DNA of 64,000 nt. Source: Candidatus Gottesmanbacteria bacterium. Its GTDB lineage: Bacteria > Patescibacteriota > Microgenomatia > UBA10105 > UBA927. Below, piece by piece: positions 1 through 9,455 of this stretch. The stretch covers positions 152,404 through 216,403 of the forward strand of contig CAIJMI010000004.1 in NCBI GenBank assembly GCA_903821745.1. The letters are read 5' to 3'. Within the stretch, counting starts at the first letter, position 1; every line of letters begins with the position of its first letter. The notes under the pieces were generated by a model. That model had not been told where the DNA came from. It did no database searches and was given only the letters and a program-made list of their open reading frames with translations. The position numbers and the translations under genes are program-made.

Positions 1-44
1 TGTTACTGTATCAAAATATTACTTGGAAAAAGCTTAGAATTTTA

Positions 45-1112
45 TTATTTAATCGGTAATAAAATCGTAAATGTCGTGCCTTTTCCTAATACACTTTCTA
101 CTGTTATTTTTCCTTGGTGTTGTGCGATGATTTGTTGTGCGATGGATAGACCTAGTCCATATCCACCGATGCCGGTTTTAGATCGTGAGTTATCTCCACG
201 ATAGAAACGTTCAAATATATGAGCGATAGCTGAGGTTTCAATACCAATCCCAGTGTCTTTAATCAGGAGACACGCAGCACCATTTTGTGATAAAAGCTTT
301 ATTTCGATTGAACCGTTGTCTTTATTGTATTTAATTGCATTATCCAAAAAGTTATTGATCATTTCCCTCAAACCATCAACATTTCCGTGTATTGTTATTG
401 GTGTCGTTTTGCATGAAACGGTAATATGGTGAACCTCGGCTTTTGGTGTCATTCTTTTTACGCAGCCCTGCACCAATTCGTCAATACGAATATCACTGAA
501 ACTTTGTTTATCTATTGTTCTTGAATATTTTTCAATGGTAAGCAAATTATTCGTAAGCGTTTCTAAACTGTTGACGTCATCCAAATTGCTTATGAGGATT
601 TGTTTCATTTGTTTATATGGAATTGGTCCCATTTTTAGGGTTACCTCAATTGCGGTTTTGAGTGTTGTGAGAGGGGTTCTGAGTTCATGCGAAGCATTTG
701 CAACAAATTTCTTTTGGTCATCAATCATTTGTTCAATTGGTAAAAGCGTTTTGCCAGCTAATATATAGGAGGCAAAAGCAGAGAGTCCTAATACAAGAAT
801 ATTTGCAAGAAATAAATAGAGAAGGAGTTGATTTCGACTAGCAAGATATTCTTGTTGAATTTGTGCATTGAAGGGTGGATCTACAAGCTCGGGTTGTAGA
901 TCTTTTGGGTCAGGGAGTGGTTTAGGAAGCACAATTTTTAGTTGGTCAGCAACAATTTTTTGTTGTTCCCGCCGTGCGCTTCGAAGTAGTTCAGCGTTTA
1001 GCGATGAATAGACAACACCACTAAAAATAAACGATACGATCATAAGAATCATGACGTACCAGAGTGTGAGTTTTATTCTTGCTTGTTGGAACTGATTATT
1101 CATGTGTATCAA
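45..1112 (-). CDS. Two-component sensor histidine kinase
   Basis: N-terminal TM segments. H-box ASHELRTPLT, N-box DNAIKY, G-boxes DTGIGI and GYGLGLSIA (HisKA plus HATPase_c). 4-codon overlap with the downstream response regulator. Confidence 0.85.
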   Translation of the reverse strand: MIHMNNQFQQARIKLTLWYVMILMIVSFIFSGVVYSSLNAELLRSARREQQKIVADQLKIVLPKPLPDPKDLQPELVDPPFNAQIQQEYLASRNQLLLYLFLANILVLGLSAFASYILAGKTLLPIEQMIDDQKKFVANASHELRTPLTTLKTAIEVTLKMGPIPYKQMKQILISNLDDVNSLETLTNNLLTIEKYSRTIDKQSFSDIRIDELVQGCVKRMTPKAEVHHITVSCKTTPITIHGNVDGLREMINNFLDNAIKYNKDNGSIEIKLLSQNGAACLLIKDTGIGIETSAIAHIFERFYRGDNSRSKTGIGGYGLGLSIAQQIIAQHQGKITVESVLGKGTTFTILLPIK

Positions 1113-1794
1113 TTTTATATCCGAAACCTCGGACTGTATGAATAAGCGGCTTCAAAGAGGGAAATGGTTTATCTATTTTTTCTCGTAAATAGTTAATATA
1201 TACTTCTACCGTATTTGGTAGGATATCATCTTCATAGCTCCAAATATTCTGAATTATTTCATCTTTATTTTTTACATCTCCTTTGTGTTTGAGTAAGAAC
1301 TCAAGGAGCGCATATTCTCTTTTTGAAAGTGAAATTTTTATCTTTACTCTCTTTACTTCTCGTTTTATTGTGTTCAGCGTTAGATTACCAAGTTTTAAAA
1401 CCCCATCAGTTTGTTGTTTTGGTCTTCTTGATAGCGCTCGTATACGAGCTACCAATTCCGCAAAAACGAATGGTTTAATGAGATAATCATCTGCTCCGGC
1501 ATTAAGACATTCAACTTTATCATCCGTTGCCCCTTTGGCGGTAAGAACGAGTATGGGAGTGTGTATATCTTTTTTTCGGAGATCTCTTAAAAGTTCCAAG
1601 CCTGGTATCTTTGGCAACATAAGATCAATGATTATAACGTCGTATGGTTCAGATGAGGCTAAATCAAATCCTTCTTCTCCATCGAAGGCAAGGTCAACCG
1701 ACCAGGATTCCAGTTCCAAACCGGTTTTGATGAACTGCGCTATTTTATGCTCGTCTTCCACAACGAGAATCTTCATATTATCTGTATTATACAA
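1096..1794 (-). CDS. OmpR-family response regulator (receiver plus winged-helix)
   Basis: Receiver motifs (DVIIIDLMLP, LTAKG) and a C-terminal winged-helix trans_reg_C domain (VRGFGYKI). Confidence 0.9.
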   Translation of the reverse strand: MYNTDNMKILVVEDEHKIAQFIKTGLELESWSVDLAFDGEEGFDLASSEPYDVIIIDLMLPKIPGLELLRDLRKKDIHTPILVLTAKGATDDKVECLNAGADDYLIKPFVFAELVARIRALSRRPKQQTDGVLKLGNLTLNTIKREVKRVKIKISLSKREYALLEFLLKHKGDVKNKDEIIQNIWSYEDDILPNTVEVYINYLREKIDKPFPSLKPLIHTVRGFGYKIDTHE

Positions 1795-1953
1795 AAGTAA
1801 ATCTTGGAAGGAGCTTAAAGAATTATGAAAAAAATCACTAGTCTAAATGGAGAGTAAATAGGTTCGAACTTCGTCCATTGCGTGGAGCAAGGTTTTTTAG
1901 CTTCAGTTTTTCCTCATACCACAAAGTATTTTCGAACTTGATATAATTCGTAT

Positions 1954-2508
1954 ATGGTCGGGCAAGTAATTTTTGAAGGGAAAACAAAACAAGATAAGCA
2001 GTATGTAATTCGTTATCCTCAAGAGGGCGACGCGCAGGCAATGTGCGATTACATTAATGAACTTTCTCAAGAGCACACATACATTCGTTTTCAAGGAGAA
2101 ACAGTTTCTTTAGAAGATGAAACAAAGTATTTACAAGAGCAGCTTGAGAAAATAAGAAAGAATAAAACAGTTCAACTCCTCGTTATTTGCGAAGGTAAAA
2201 TTATGGGAATTTCTGCCATTGATTTAAAAGACAAAACAGAAAGTCATGAAGGTGTTTTCGGTATCTCATTAGCCAAAGATATTCGAGGAGAAGGTATTGG
2301 AAAGATACTAATGAAATTAACCATCGAAGAAGCCGAAAAACACTTATCTGAACTTCGCCTTATCACACTTGGCGTGTTTGGAGATAACCAGCTTGCTTTT
2401 AAGATGTATGAAGACTTCGACTTTCAGGAATATGGAAGACTACCAGGAGGCTCACTACATGATGGTAATTATGTTGACCACGTATATATGTATAAGAAAA
2501 TTCGTTAA
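1954..2508 (+). CDS. GNAT family N-acetyltransferase
   Basis: Acetyl-CoA-binding motif region (IRGEGIGKILM), 184 aa. Confidence 0.7.
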   Translation: MVGQVIFEGKTKQDKQYVIRYPQEGDAQAMCDYINELSQEHTYIRFQGETVSLEDETKYLQEQLEKIRKNKTVQLLVICEGKIMGISAIDLKDKTESHEGVFGISLAKDIRGEGIGKILMKLTIEEAEKHLSELRLITLGVFGDNQLAFKMYEDFDFQEYGRLPGGSLHDGNYVDHVYMYKKIR

Positions 2509-2708
2509 TTAATGCTTGCAAGGAGCTTCTGTGTCTGTTGCATAACTACTTCAGGATAATCAACGCTTGAGATAATTTGCTGGGAGAAATCGTCCCATTG
2601 AGCGAGCAAGTGATATTTTAGAGCGTATTAACAATCTAAACCACTAATTAAACCATAAGCGTTTAAGCCTTCTTATCTAATTTTACTATAGTTTGGTATA
2701 CTAAATTC

Positions 2709-3296
2709 ATGCGCCGTAAACGACGTATATATGTATCGCACCATTTGCACAAATGGAAATATAAAAATATAACTCTTGCCACTTTTGGTATTCTTTTAGC
2801 AGTTGTTCTTTCTCAAATCGAAGCGTTTCATACATTTCTTATGCACATTGGAGGATTTGGTTATATAGGGGCATTTATTGCAGGGATGTTATTTGTATCA
2901 ACATTTACTGTAGCGACGAGCGCCCTCGTGTTATTAACCCTTGCTGAAACGTTATCACCAATTGAAATTGGGTTAATAGCCGGGCTTGGAGCAGTTGTTG
3001 GTGATTTAACTATTTTTCATTTTATAAAGGATAATTTAACTTCGGAAATAGAGCAGATATTTAATCATTTTGATAAGAAAAAACATCTCAAACATCTCTT
3101 TCATACAAAATATTTCAACTGGATGCTTCCTGTGTTTGGGGCAATTATTATTGCATCACCACTCCCTGATGAATTAGGGGTAAGTTTAATGGGATTATCT
3201 CAAATGAATACAACGCGATTTATTATTCTATCGTATATTCTTAACTCCTTGGGAATATTTGTTGTAGTATCAGCATCAATATTTATTAAACCATAA
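2709..3296 (+). CDS. Integral membrane protein (possibly DedA/YqaA-like)
   Basis: 4-5 hydrophobic helices; ends 4 nt before the P-type ATPase start. Confidence 0.45.
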   Translation: MRRKRRIYVSHHLHKWKYKNITLATFGILLAVVLSQIEAFHTFLMHIGGFGYIGAFIAGMLFVSTFTVATSALVLLTLAETLSPIEIGLIAGLGAVVGDLTIFHFIKDNLTSEIEQIFNHFDKKKHLKHLFHTKYFNWMLPVFGAIIIASPLPDELGVSLMGLSQMNTTRFIILSYILNSLGIFVVVSASIFIKP

Positions 3297-3301
3297 TATA
3301 T

Positions 3302-5743
3302 ATGTTTGAAGAGGAACAAGGGCTTTCTAAAAATGAAGTAATTCAAAGGCAACAGCTTGATGGTCTCAATGTACTACCCGAAAAAACACCTCCAAGTAAG
3401 TTTTCTATCTTTATTAATCAATTAAAAAGCCCGCTAGTCTATATTCTTCTGATTGCCTCGTTTATAACAATTGCGATAGGACATATCACTGACGCGATCA
3501 TTATTTTTATTGCAGTATTTATTAATACTGTGCTTGGATACATTCAAGAACAACGTGCTTCAAACGCGCTCCTTGCGCTGAAAAAGTATGTTACCCACAC
3601 AACGACCGTTATTCGGGAAGGAAAACGGATAAAGGTTCACACAACACATATTGTTCCCGGGGACGTTGTGGTGTTAGAACAAGGTGAAAATGTCCCAGCT
3701 GATGGAATACTTCTTTTTGCGAACCGACTATATATAGATGAATCCATTTTAACCGGTGAGAGTATTCCTGTAGGAAAGAGTAAAGATCAGACGGTATCTA
3801 TGGGTACTATTATTGCTTCAGGACAAGGAAGAATTCAGGTTGAAGCAATTGGAGGAAAGACGAAGATGGGTGCAATAGCCACACAGATTCAACAGGACGA
3901 GGAACAAACGCCTCTTCAACGGCAGTTGCAGAAGTTTAGTAAACAACTTGTTGTGGTTATAACTGTTCTTACAGCATTTGTTTTTTTCCTTGGTGTTTTT
4001 TATCAATTTAGTTTAACTGAAATATTTATTACCTCTGTTGCGCTTGCCGTATCAAGTATTCCCGAAGGGTTGTTAGTATCTCTTACGGTTGTACTTGCTA
4101 TTGGTATGCAAAAAATAGTCAAACATAGAGGGTTGGTACGGAAATTATCAGCTGCAGAGACACTCGGAGGAATCACTGTTATATGTGTTGATAAAACTGG
4201 TACGTTAACACAGGGAAAAATGGAAGTAACTGATCATATTGGTGACGTCAAAGAATTGGCACAGCAGGTGCTCCTTGCCAACGATTTAGATGATCCGATG
4301 GTTATAGCTGCATTTACCTGGGGAAGAACAATTATTCAGGATTTTATATCAGAGCATGCTCGACTTGACAGCATTCCATTTTCTCCAAAAGAGCGCTTCT
4401 TTATTAGTCTTCATGTATGGAACAAAAAAACAAACATGGTGTTTGTTAATGGTGCACCAGAGCAACTTCTTTCTTGGTCAACAGTTTCAGAAGAGGAGCA
4501 AAAAGAAATCAGTGCTGCTATCGAAGCACTTACAAAACAAGGAAAAAGACTTATCGGTTTTGCACGAAAAGAAGTAGATCATACGAAAAAAACGTTAGAG
4601 CATACCGATGCAAAGGAAAAGTTAACATGGGTAGGACTACTAGCGTTTTCAGACCCCGTGCGATTAGGGGTAAAAGAGGCGTTAGATGAAGCAAAAACTG
4701 CGGGTATAAGAACAATTGTTATAACAGGAGATTATCCAAAAACATCAGAATTTGTCCTTGCTGAACTCGGGATGCCGGTTCATAGTGATGAGGTTGTCAT
4801 AGGAGAACAACTTGAAAAAATGAATTCAGAAGAGTTGATAGACGCAGTTAAGAGCGCTCGATTATTTGCCCGAACTACCCCAGGCCAAAAACTGCTGATT
4901 GTCGAAGCGTTAAAAAAGAACGGGGAAATAGTCGCAATGATGGGTGATGGCGTTAATGATGCACCCGCGCTTCACAAAGCAGACATCGGTATTGTTGTCG
5001 GGGACGCAACTGATGTGGCAAAAGAATCAGCTGACCTTGTTCTTCTTGATTCAAATTTTTCAACAATAATCAGGGCTATAGAAGAGGGGAGATCGATGTT
5101 TGAGAATATACGAAAGATAATCCTATATCTTATGAGCGACGCCTTTGCAGAGATACTTGTAGTCGTCGGGAGTATTATATTATATTTACCTCTCCCTGTT
5201 ACTGCAGTACAGATTTTGTGGATTAATCTGGTTTCTGATGGTTTTCCGGATCTTTCTTTAACAGTTGACCCTAAACGGAAGGATATTATGAGGGAACACC
5301 CGAGAAATCCTCATGAGCGGTTGGTCAACAGGTGGATGATGATACTTATCGGAACGGTAAGTGTTGTTGCGGGCGTGCTAGCGTTAGGATCATTTGTTGT
5401 TTTATACAAAACATCAGGGGATATACTGCTTGCAAGGTCATTTACATTTATTGTTCTTGGTCTAAATTCTCTAGCGTATGTATTTTCAGTCAGAACGCTC
5501 ATGACACCTTTTTGGAAGAGCCGGCTTTTTGTTAACAAGTGGTTACTTGCAGCGGTGTGTGCCGGATTTGTTTTACAATGGATTCCATTTTCCACCCCTG
5601 TTCTCCGTCAATTTTTTGGATTAACCCAGATTCCCATTTCATACTGGATCATGGCAATAGCCTTTTCTGTAATCATGTTTATGATAATAGAAATGTTCAA
5701 GTTAGTGTATCGTTTTCGGAAATCAATAAAATTCTTAAATTAA
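3302..5743 (+). CDS. P2-type cation-transporting P-type ATPase (Ca2+/Mg2+-type)
   Basis: TGES actuator loop, PEGL motif in TM4, phosphorylation site DKTGTLT, hinge GDGVNDAPAL. 813 aa with about 10 TM segments. Confidence 0.9.
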   Translation: MFEEEQGLSKNEVIQRQQLDGLNVLPEKTPPSKFSIFINQLKSPLVYILLIASFITIAIGHITDAIIIFIAVFINTVLGYIQEQRASNALLALKKYVTHTTTVIREGKRIKVHTTHIVPGDVVVLEQGENVPADGILLFANRLYIDESILTGESIPVGKSKDQTVSMGTIIASGQGRIQVEAIGGKTKMGAIATQIQQDEEQTPLQRQLQKFSKQLVVVITVLTAFVFFLGVFYQFSLTEIFITSVALAVSSIPEGLLVSLTVVLAIGMQKIVKHRGLVRKLSAAETLGGITVICVDKTGTLTQGKMEVTDHIGDVKELAQQVLLANDLDDPMVIAAFTWGRTIIQDFISEHARLDSIPFSPKERFFISLHVWNKKTNMVFVNGAPEQLLSWSTVSEEEQKEISAAIEALTKQGKRLIGFARKEVDHTKKTLEHTDAKEKLTWVGLLAFSDPVRLGVKEALDEAKTAGIRTIVITGDYPKTSEFVLAELGMPVHSDEVVIGEQLEKMNSEELIDAVKSARLFARTTPGQKLLIVEALKKNGEIVAMMGDGVNDAPALHKADIGIVVGDATDVAKESADLVLLDSNFSTIIRAIEEGRSMFENIRKIILYLMSDAFAEILVVVGSIILYLPLPVTAVQILWINLVSDGFPDLSLTVDPKRKDIMREHPRNPHERLVNRWMMILIGTVSVVAGVLALGSFVVLYKTSGDILLARSFTFIVLGLNSLAYVFSVRTLMTPFWKSRLFVNKWLLAAVCAGFVLQWIPFSTPVLRQFFGLTQIPISYWIMAIAFSVIMFMIIEMFKLVYRFRKSIKFLN

Positions 5744-5945
5744 GCATAAGCAAATAGCTATTCTCAGAAGTAAGGAAGTAGATTCGAATTGCGTCACTGA
5801 AAATCAAAAAGATTTCCAGTGTAAACCATTGCGTGGAGCCGGAGTTTTTCGCTTCAAATTATCACAAATGAAGTAACCTCGAAAGGACGTTCGAACCCAA
5901 TGAAAAAAATTTCAATCTTCAGTTGTATTACTCATAGAAAGAGAG

Positions 5946-6326
5946 GTGAATTACATGAATAAAAAAACAATCATTGCATTAAGTATCGCATCTGTTGTTC
6001 TTGGAGGTATTTTTACTTTTCCAAAGATAGCAGAAGCATATAAAGGAAATCCTACAGTCAAAGGACCATATTACACAGAAGAACGTCATGAGGCTATGGA
6101 AAAAGCGTTTGAAACAAAAGATTATAACGCTTGGAAAAACCTTATGCAGGGAAAAGGTCGAGTAACTCAAGTTATCAATCAGGATAATTTTGCGAAATTT
6201 GCCCAAGCACACGAACTTGCTGAAGCAGGAAAACTGGAAGAAGCTGCTGCAATTCGAAAAGAATTAGGATTAGGTTTACATAATGGATCTGGTCAAGGAA
6301 TGGGAATGGGACGATGGAGTAAGTGA
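5946..6326 (+). CDS. Small secreted protein, unknown function
   Basis: N-terminal signal peptide (AEA-YKG) and a Gly-rich C-terminal tail. Likely true ATG at 5955 with an upstream GAGAGG. Confidence 0.5.
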   Translation: MNYMNKKTIIALSIASVVLGGIFTFPKIAEAYKGNPTVKGPYYTEERHEAMEKAFETKDYNAWKNLMQGKGRVTQVINQDNFAKFAQAHELAEAGKLEEAAAIRKELGLGLHNGSGQGMGMGRWSK

Positions 6327-6413
6327 CTTTACTTTATAGGTCACAAACGCTTCCCCGTCAATATGACGGGGTTTGGCGTAGGAAAACCCAGGGAAAGAAA
6401 TATGGAGCGGTAG

Positions 6414-6983
6414 TTGTATTACAATTGTGATATGCCGGGAACCAAGACACTATCAGATGAAGAACTGGTTATCCATATTCGGACAAAAGAAAAAGAACGG
6501 TTTACATATATTGTAGAGCGGTATAAAGACAAGCTGTTGCGATATGCTACATACTTAATTCATGATGAACAGAAAGCGATGGATGTTGTTCAAGACGCAT
6601 TCATTAAAGCGTATGAGAATCTCAACGGGTTTGATGTAAGAAAAAAGTTTTCGAGTTGGATATATCGCATTGTTCATAATGAAGCAATGAACAGTGTTAA
6701 AAAATACCATAAGGAAACGCCATTTCTTCCAAACGTGGATTTTCAAAGTGATGAAAATATAGAACATGATTTTACGAGAAAAGAAATTATTGAAAACGCA
6801 CAATCATGTCTTGATGGAATGCCCGTATTGTACAGTGAGCCTTTAACTTTGTATTATTTAGATGAAAAGTCATATGAAGAAATTAGCGATATATTACGGA
6901 TTCCCATGGGTACCGTTGCAACGAGGGTGAGTCGTGCAAAAAAACTCATGAAAGCACTATGTCAAAAATCAAAAAAGATATAA
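6414..6983 (+). CDS. ECF-subfamily sigma-70 factor
   Basis: Sigma region 2 (VQDAFIKAYENL, WIYRIVHNEAMN) and region 4 HTH (SYEEISDILRIPMGTVATRVSRA). Probable start at M6432. Confidence 0.85.
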   Translation: MYYNCDMPGTKTLSDEELVIHIRTKEKERFTYIVERYKDKLLRYATYLIHDEQKAMDVVQDAFIKAYENLNGFDVRKKFSSWIYRIVHNEAMNSVKKYHKETPFLPNVDFQSDENIEHDFTRKEIIENAQSCLDGMPVLYSEPLTLYYLDEKSYEEISDILRIPMGTVATRVSRAKKLMKALCQKSKKI

Positions 6984-7447
6984 CAAATGACGTTATGTCC
7001 CGTATTAAACGGGAACATATCACAATGAAACCCAGATGGTATTTTATCGTAGGATCGATTGCGATGGTGTTAGGAATCGTCGGATTAAGTATTGTCTCAA
7101 TATTTTTTGTTAATATTATTGTTTTTTCACTCCGAACGCATGGACCGATGGGGGCTGTTCGGTATCAGCAACTGCTCTCAAGTTTTCCTTGGTGGGCACC
7201 AATGTTAGTGGTTATTGGATTAGGATTTGGGATATGGATGCTGAAAAAATATGATTTTTCATATAGGAAGAATTTTCTGCTAGTTATACTAGGATTTATC
7301 GCTGCAATAATAATTTCAGGCATATTGATTGACTATCTTGGAATTAATACATTTTTATCTCATCAAGGTAAAATGAAGAGATTATATCAACGGATTCAAA
7401 ATCAAGATACGTTAAATATAAAAGGAGGTCGCTATCAGCAAAAATAA
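6959..7447 (+). CDS. Membrane protein, candidate anti-sigma factor
   Basis: Overlaps the sigma gene by 25 nt; 3-4 TM helices; position typical for an anti-sigma factor. Confidence 0.4.
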   Translation: MSKIKKDITNDVMSRIKREHITMKPRWYFIVGSIAMVLGIVGLSIVSIFFVNIIVFSLRTHGPMGAVRYQQLLSSFPWWAPMLVVIGLGFGIWMLKKYDFSYRKNFLLVILGFIAAIIISGILIDYLGINTFLSHQGKMKRLYQRIQNQDTLNIKGGRYQQK

Positions 7448-7478
7448 AATTTGTAGTAAAGTTGTATGATAAATCTAT

Positions 7479-8129
7479 ATGAAAAATAAAGGAATGAAAA
7501 CTATGAAAAAAACGTTACTTATGTATATAGGGATAGCGTTGTTGGTAGGCATTGTTGGTGGGTATGCGATATTTCAATTTAGTGGAAGTACCAAGAATTT
7601 TTTTACACAACAAACAAACAGGATGGGTCGTGGATTTGTCGGAAGCATAGGGCAAGGAAAGAGTGGTCAAAAAAATGGGACGTGTATGGTCGATGAATTA
7701 CTCACAGAAGAAACAAAGGATACAGTAAGTAATCTTTCAGTTAATGCACAAAAAGCTCTTGAAGATGCAATCAATGATGAATATAAGGCCTTTTCGACAT
7801 ACCAAGCAGTCATTAATAAATTAGGCCCAGTTCGTCCTTTTTCAATGATCATACGAGCAGAAGAACAGCACATAGCCTTATTAAAAGCTTTGTTTGATAA
7901 ATATGGAATTAAAATTCCTGTTAACTCGTGGATTGGGACGATTACGGCGCCAGTAACACTTAAAGAAGCATGTCAAATGGGTGTTGACGCAGAAATTGCA
8001 AACGCGAATTTATACAAGATTCAATTGTTGTCTATAGTAAAAAACAATACTGATATTTTAGCTGTTTTTATGAATTTGATGAATGCGTCAGAACAAAAAC
8101 ATTTGGTTGCGTTTGAGCGATGTAATTAA
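7479..8129 (+). CDS. Ferritin-like DUF2202 family protein (membrane-anchored)
   Basis: N-terminal TM; paired EEQH-type ferritin-like helices (AINDEYKAFSTYQ and IRAEEQHIALLKALF). Confidence 0.55.
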   Translation: MKNKGMKTMKKTLLMYIGIALLVGIVGGYAIFQFSGSTKNFFTQQTNRMGRGFVGSIGQGKSGQKNGTCMVDELLTEETKDTVSNLSVNAQKALEDAINDEYKAFSTYQAVINKLGPVRPFSMIIRAEEQHIALLKALFDKYGIKIPVNSWIGTITAPVTLKEACQMGVDAEIANANLYKIQLLSIVKNNTDILAVFMNLMNASEQKHLVAFERCN

Positions 8130-8163
8130 CTTTTTATAAATACAAAATAGTCAAAAATTATTT

Positions 8164-8868
8164 TTGGAGGTAACTATGAAAAAAATTATGTTGAGTATCA
8201 TGATGTTCATTCTCGTAGCACCAGTAATGGCGGCACAAAATAATGGAGTCGGTTTGCAAACAGGAAGTGGTTCTCAACAGACTGTTGTTTCTCCAACAAA
8301 AGCAGTTGTTCCGTCAAAAACGATTTCTCCGACAGGAAATCGAGTGCAAAATCAAGTTCAAACACAAAATCAAGGTGAAGATTCACAAATTCAAGTGGGT
8401 ACACAAGAAAATCTTGGATCAGAAGTTGGAAACAGCATGGATTCACGAAGCGAAACCGCCATTAAACATATGAGTGAAGTAGCAAAACAAGTGCAAGGTA
8501 TACTACAACTGAAAATTTCAGGCGGAATTGGTGATCAGGTTAGAATAGTAGCTAGAGAGCAAACTCAAGCACAAGACAAGATTCAAGAGAACATGACAAA
8601 AATGGAAAGTAAAAATCCTCTACTTAAAAAGCTGTTTGGACCAGACTACAATTCTATCAAGGCATTAAATCAGTTAATTGAAGAAAATAACACGCGGATT
8701 CAACAACTTGAAGAATTATTAATTCAAGTACAGAATTACTCTGATAAAACACAAATTCAAGAAACAATTCAATCTATTATAAATCAAAACACTGCGCTTC
8801 AGGAGCGAATACAAGCTGAGACACAAATTGGAAGTCTTTTCGGATGGTTTGTAAGGTTTTTTAACTGA
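8164..8868 (+). CDS. Secreted Gln-rich coiled-coil protein, unknown function
   Basis: Signal peptide, Q/N-rich low-complexity region and a C-terminal heptad coiled coil. Confidence 0.45.
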   Translation: MEVTMKKIMLSIMMFILVAPVMAAQNNGVGLQTGSGSQQTVVSPTKAVVPSKTISPTGNRVQNQVQTQNQGEDSQIQVGTQENLGSEVGNSMDSRSETAIKHMSEVAKQVQGILQLKISGGIGDQVRIVAREQTQAQDKIQENMTKMESKNPLLKKLFGPDYNSIKALNQLIEENNTRIQQLEELLIQVQNYSDKTQIQETIQSIINQNTALQERIQAETQIGSLFGWFVRFFN

Positions 8869-8903
8869 TAAGAGAGAATAAGTCACCGTCATACAGTAGT
8901 TTC

Positions 8904-8931
8904 TTGACAATATATTAGAATATGCTAATAT
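8904..8931 (+). promoter_or_regulatory. Sigma-70-like promoter (TTGACA, 16 nt, TGcTAATAT extended -10) for arsR; predicts a leaderless mRNA
   Basis: TTGACA at 8904-8909, TG at 8923-8924 and TAATAT at 8926-8931. The ORF ATG at 8938 falls at the predicted transcription start. Confidence 0.4.
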
Positions 8932-8937
8932 ATATGC

Positions 8938-9204
8938 ATGGCACGTAATGTTTATTTAGTGTTCGGTAATAAGATACGAACAAAATTAGTTCTGTGTCTT
9001 TCTAAAGAACCAAAGAATGTTACTGGCCTTATTCATACTTGCAATCTTTCGCAATCTGCGGTTTCTCAACACCTTGCTAAGTTAAAAAAATCAGGTATCG
9101 TCGAAATAAAAAAGGAAGGAAAAGAGATATGGTATTCACTAAAGCATAAGAAAGCGGCTGATATTAGTCGATTATTAGTATCGTTAGAACAGGAGGTTCT
9201 ATGA
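8938..9204 (+). CDS. ArsR/SmtB-family transcriptional regulator
   Basis: HTH motif LSQSAVSQHLAKLKKSGIV; 88 aa. Confidence 0.8.
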   Translation: MARNVYLVFGNKIRTKLVLCLSKEPKNVTGLIHTCNLSQSAVSQHLAKLKKSGIVEIKKEGKEIWYSLKHKKAADISRLLVSLEQEVL

Positions 9205-9455
9205 ATTATTCCAATGTAAAAGTATACGCTACGACAACATGTCCATACTGCACTATGGTTGCTGATTGGTTGAAAAGTAAAAATGTCACTTTTGATAAAG
9301 TGCTTGTTGATCAAGATCAACAAGCTGCAAATGAAATGATTCAAAAGACTGGTCAGATGGGGGTTCCAGTGATAGAAATTGGATATGCTGACAGAAAATC
9401 AGAATTTATTGTCGGATTTAACCAACCACAATTAGCATACATGCTGGGAGTATAA
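9201..9455 (+). CDS. Glutaredoxin-like protein (NrdH/YruB-like)
   Basis: CPYC active site near the N-terminus and a thioredoxin fold of the right size; ATGA overlap with arsR. Confidence 0.75.
   Translation: MNYSNVKVYATTTCPYCTMVADWLKSKNVTFDKVLVDQDQQAANEMIQKTGQMGVPVIEIGYADRKSEFIVGFNQPQLAYMLGV

Noticed and set aside
1862-1871. GGTTCGAAC looked like a tRNA T-arm, suggesting a tRNA or tmRNA fragment
   Set aside because: No acceptor, D or anticodon arms can be drawn around it. It recurs as a palindrome in the repeat family instead.
1838-2041. A 67-aa minus-strand ORF spanning repeat copy A
   Set aside because: It covers a conserved non-coding repeat and the GNAT start. It has no RBS and is more likely a non-coding element read in the wrong sense.
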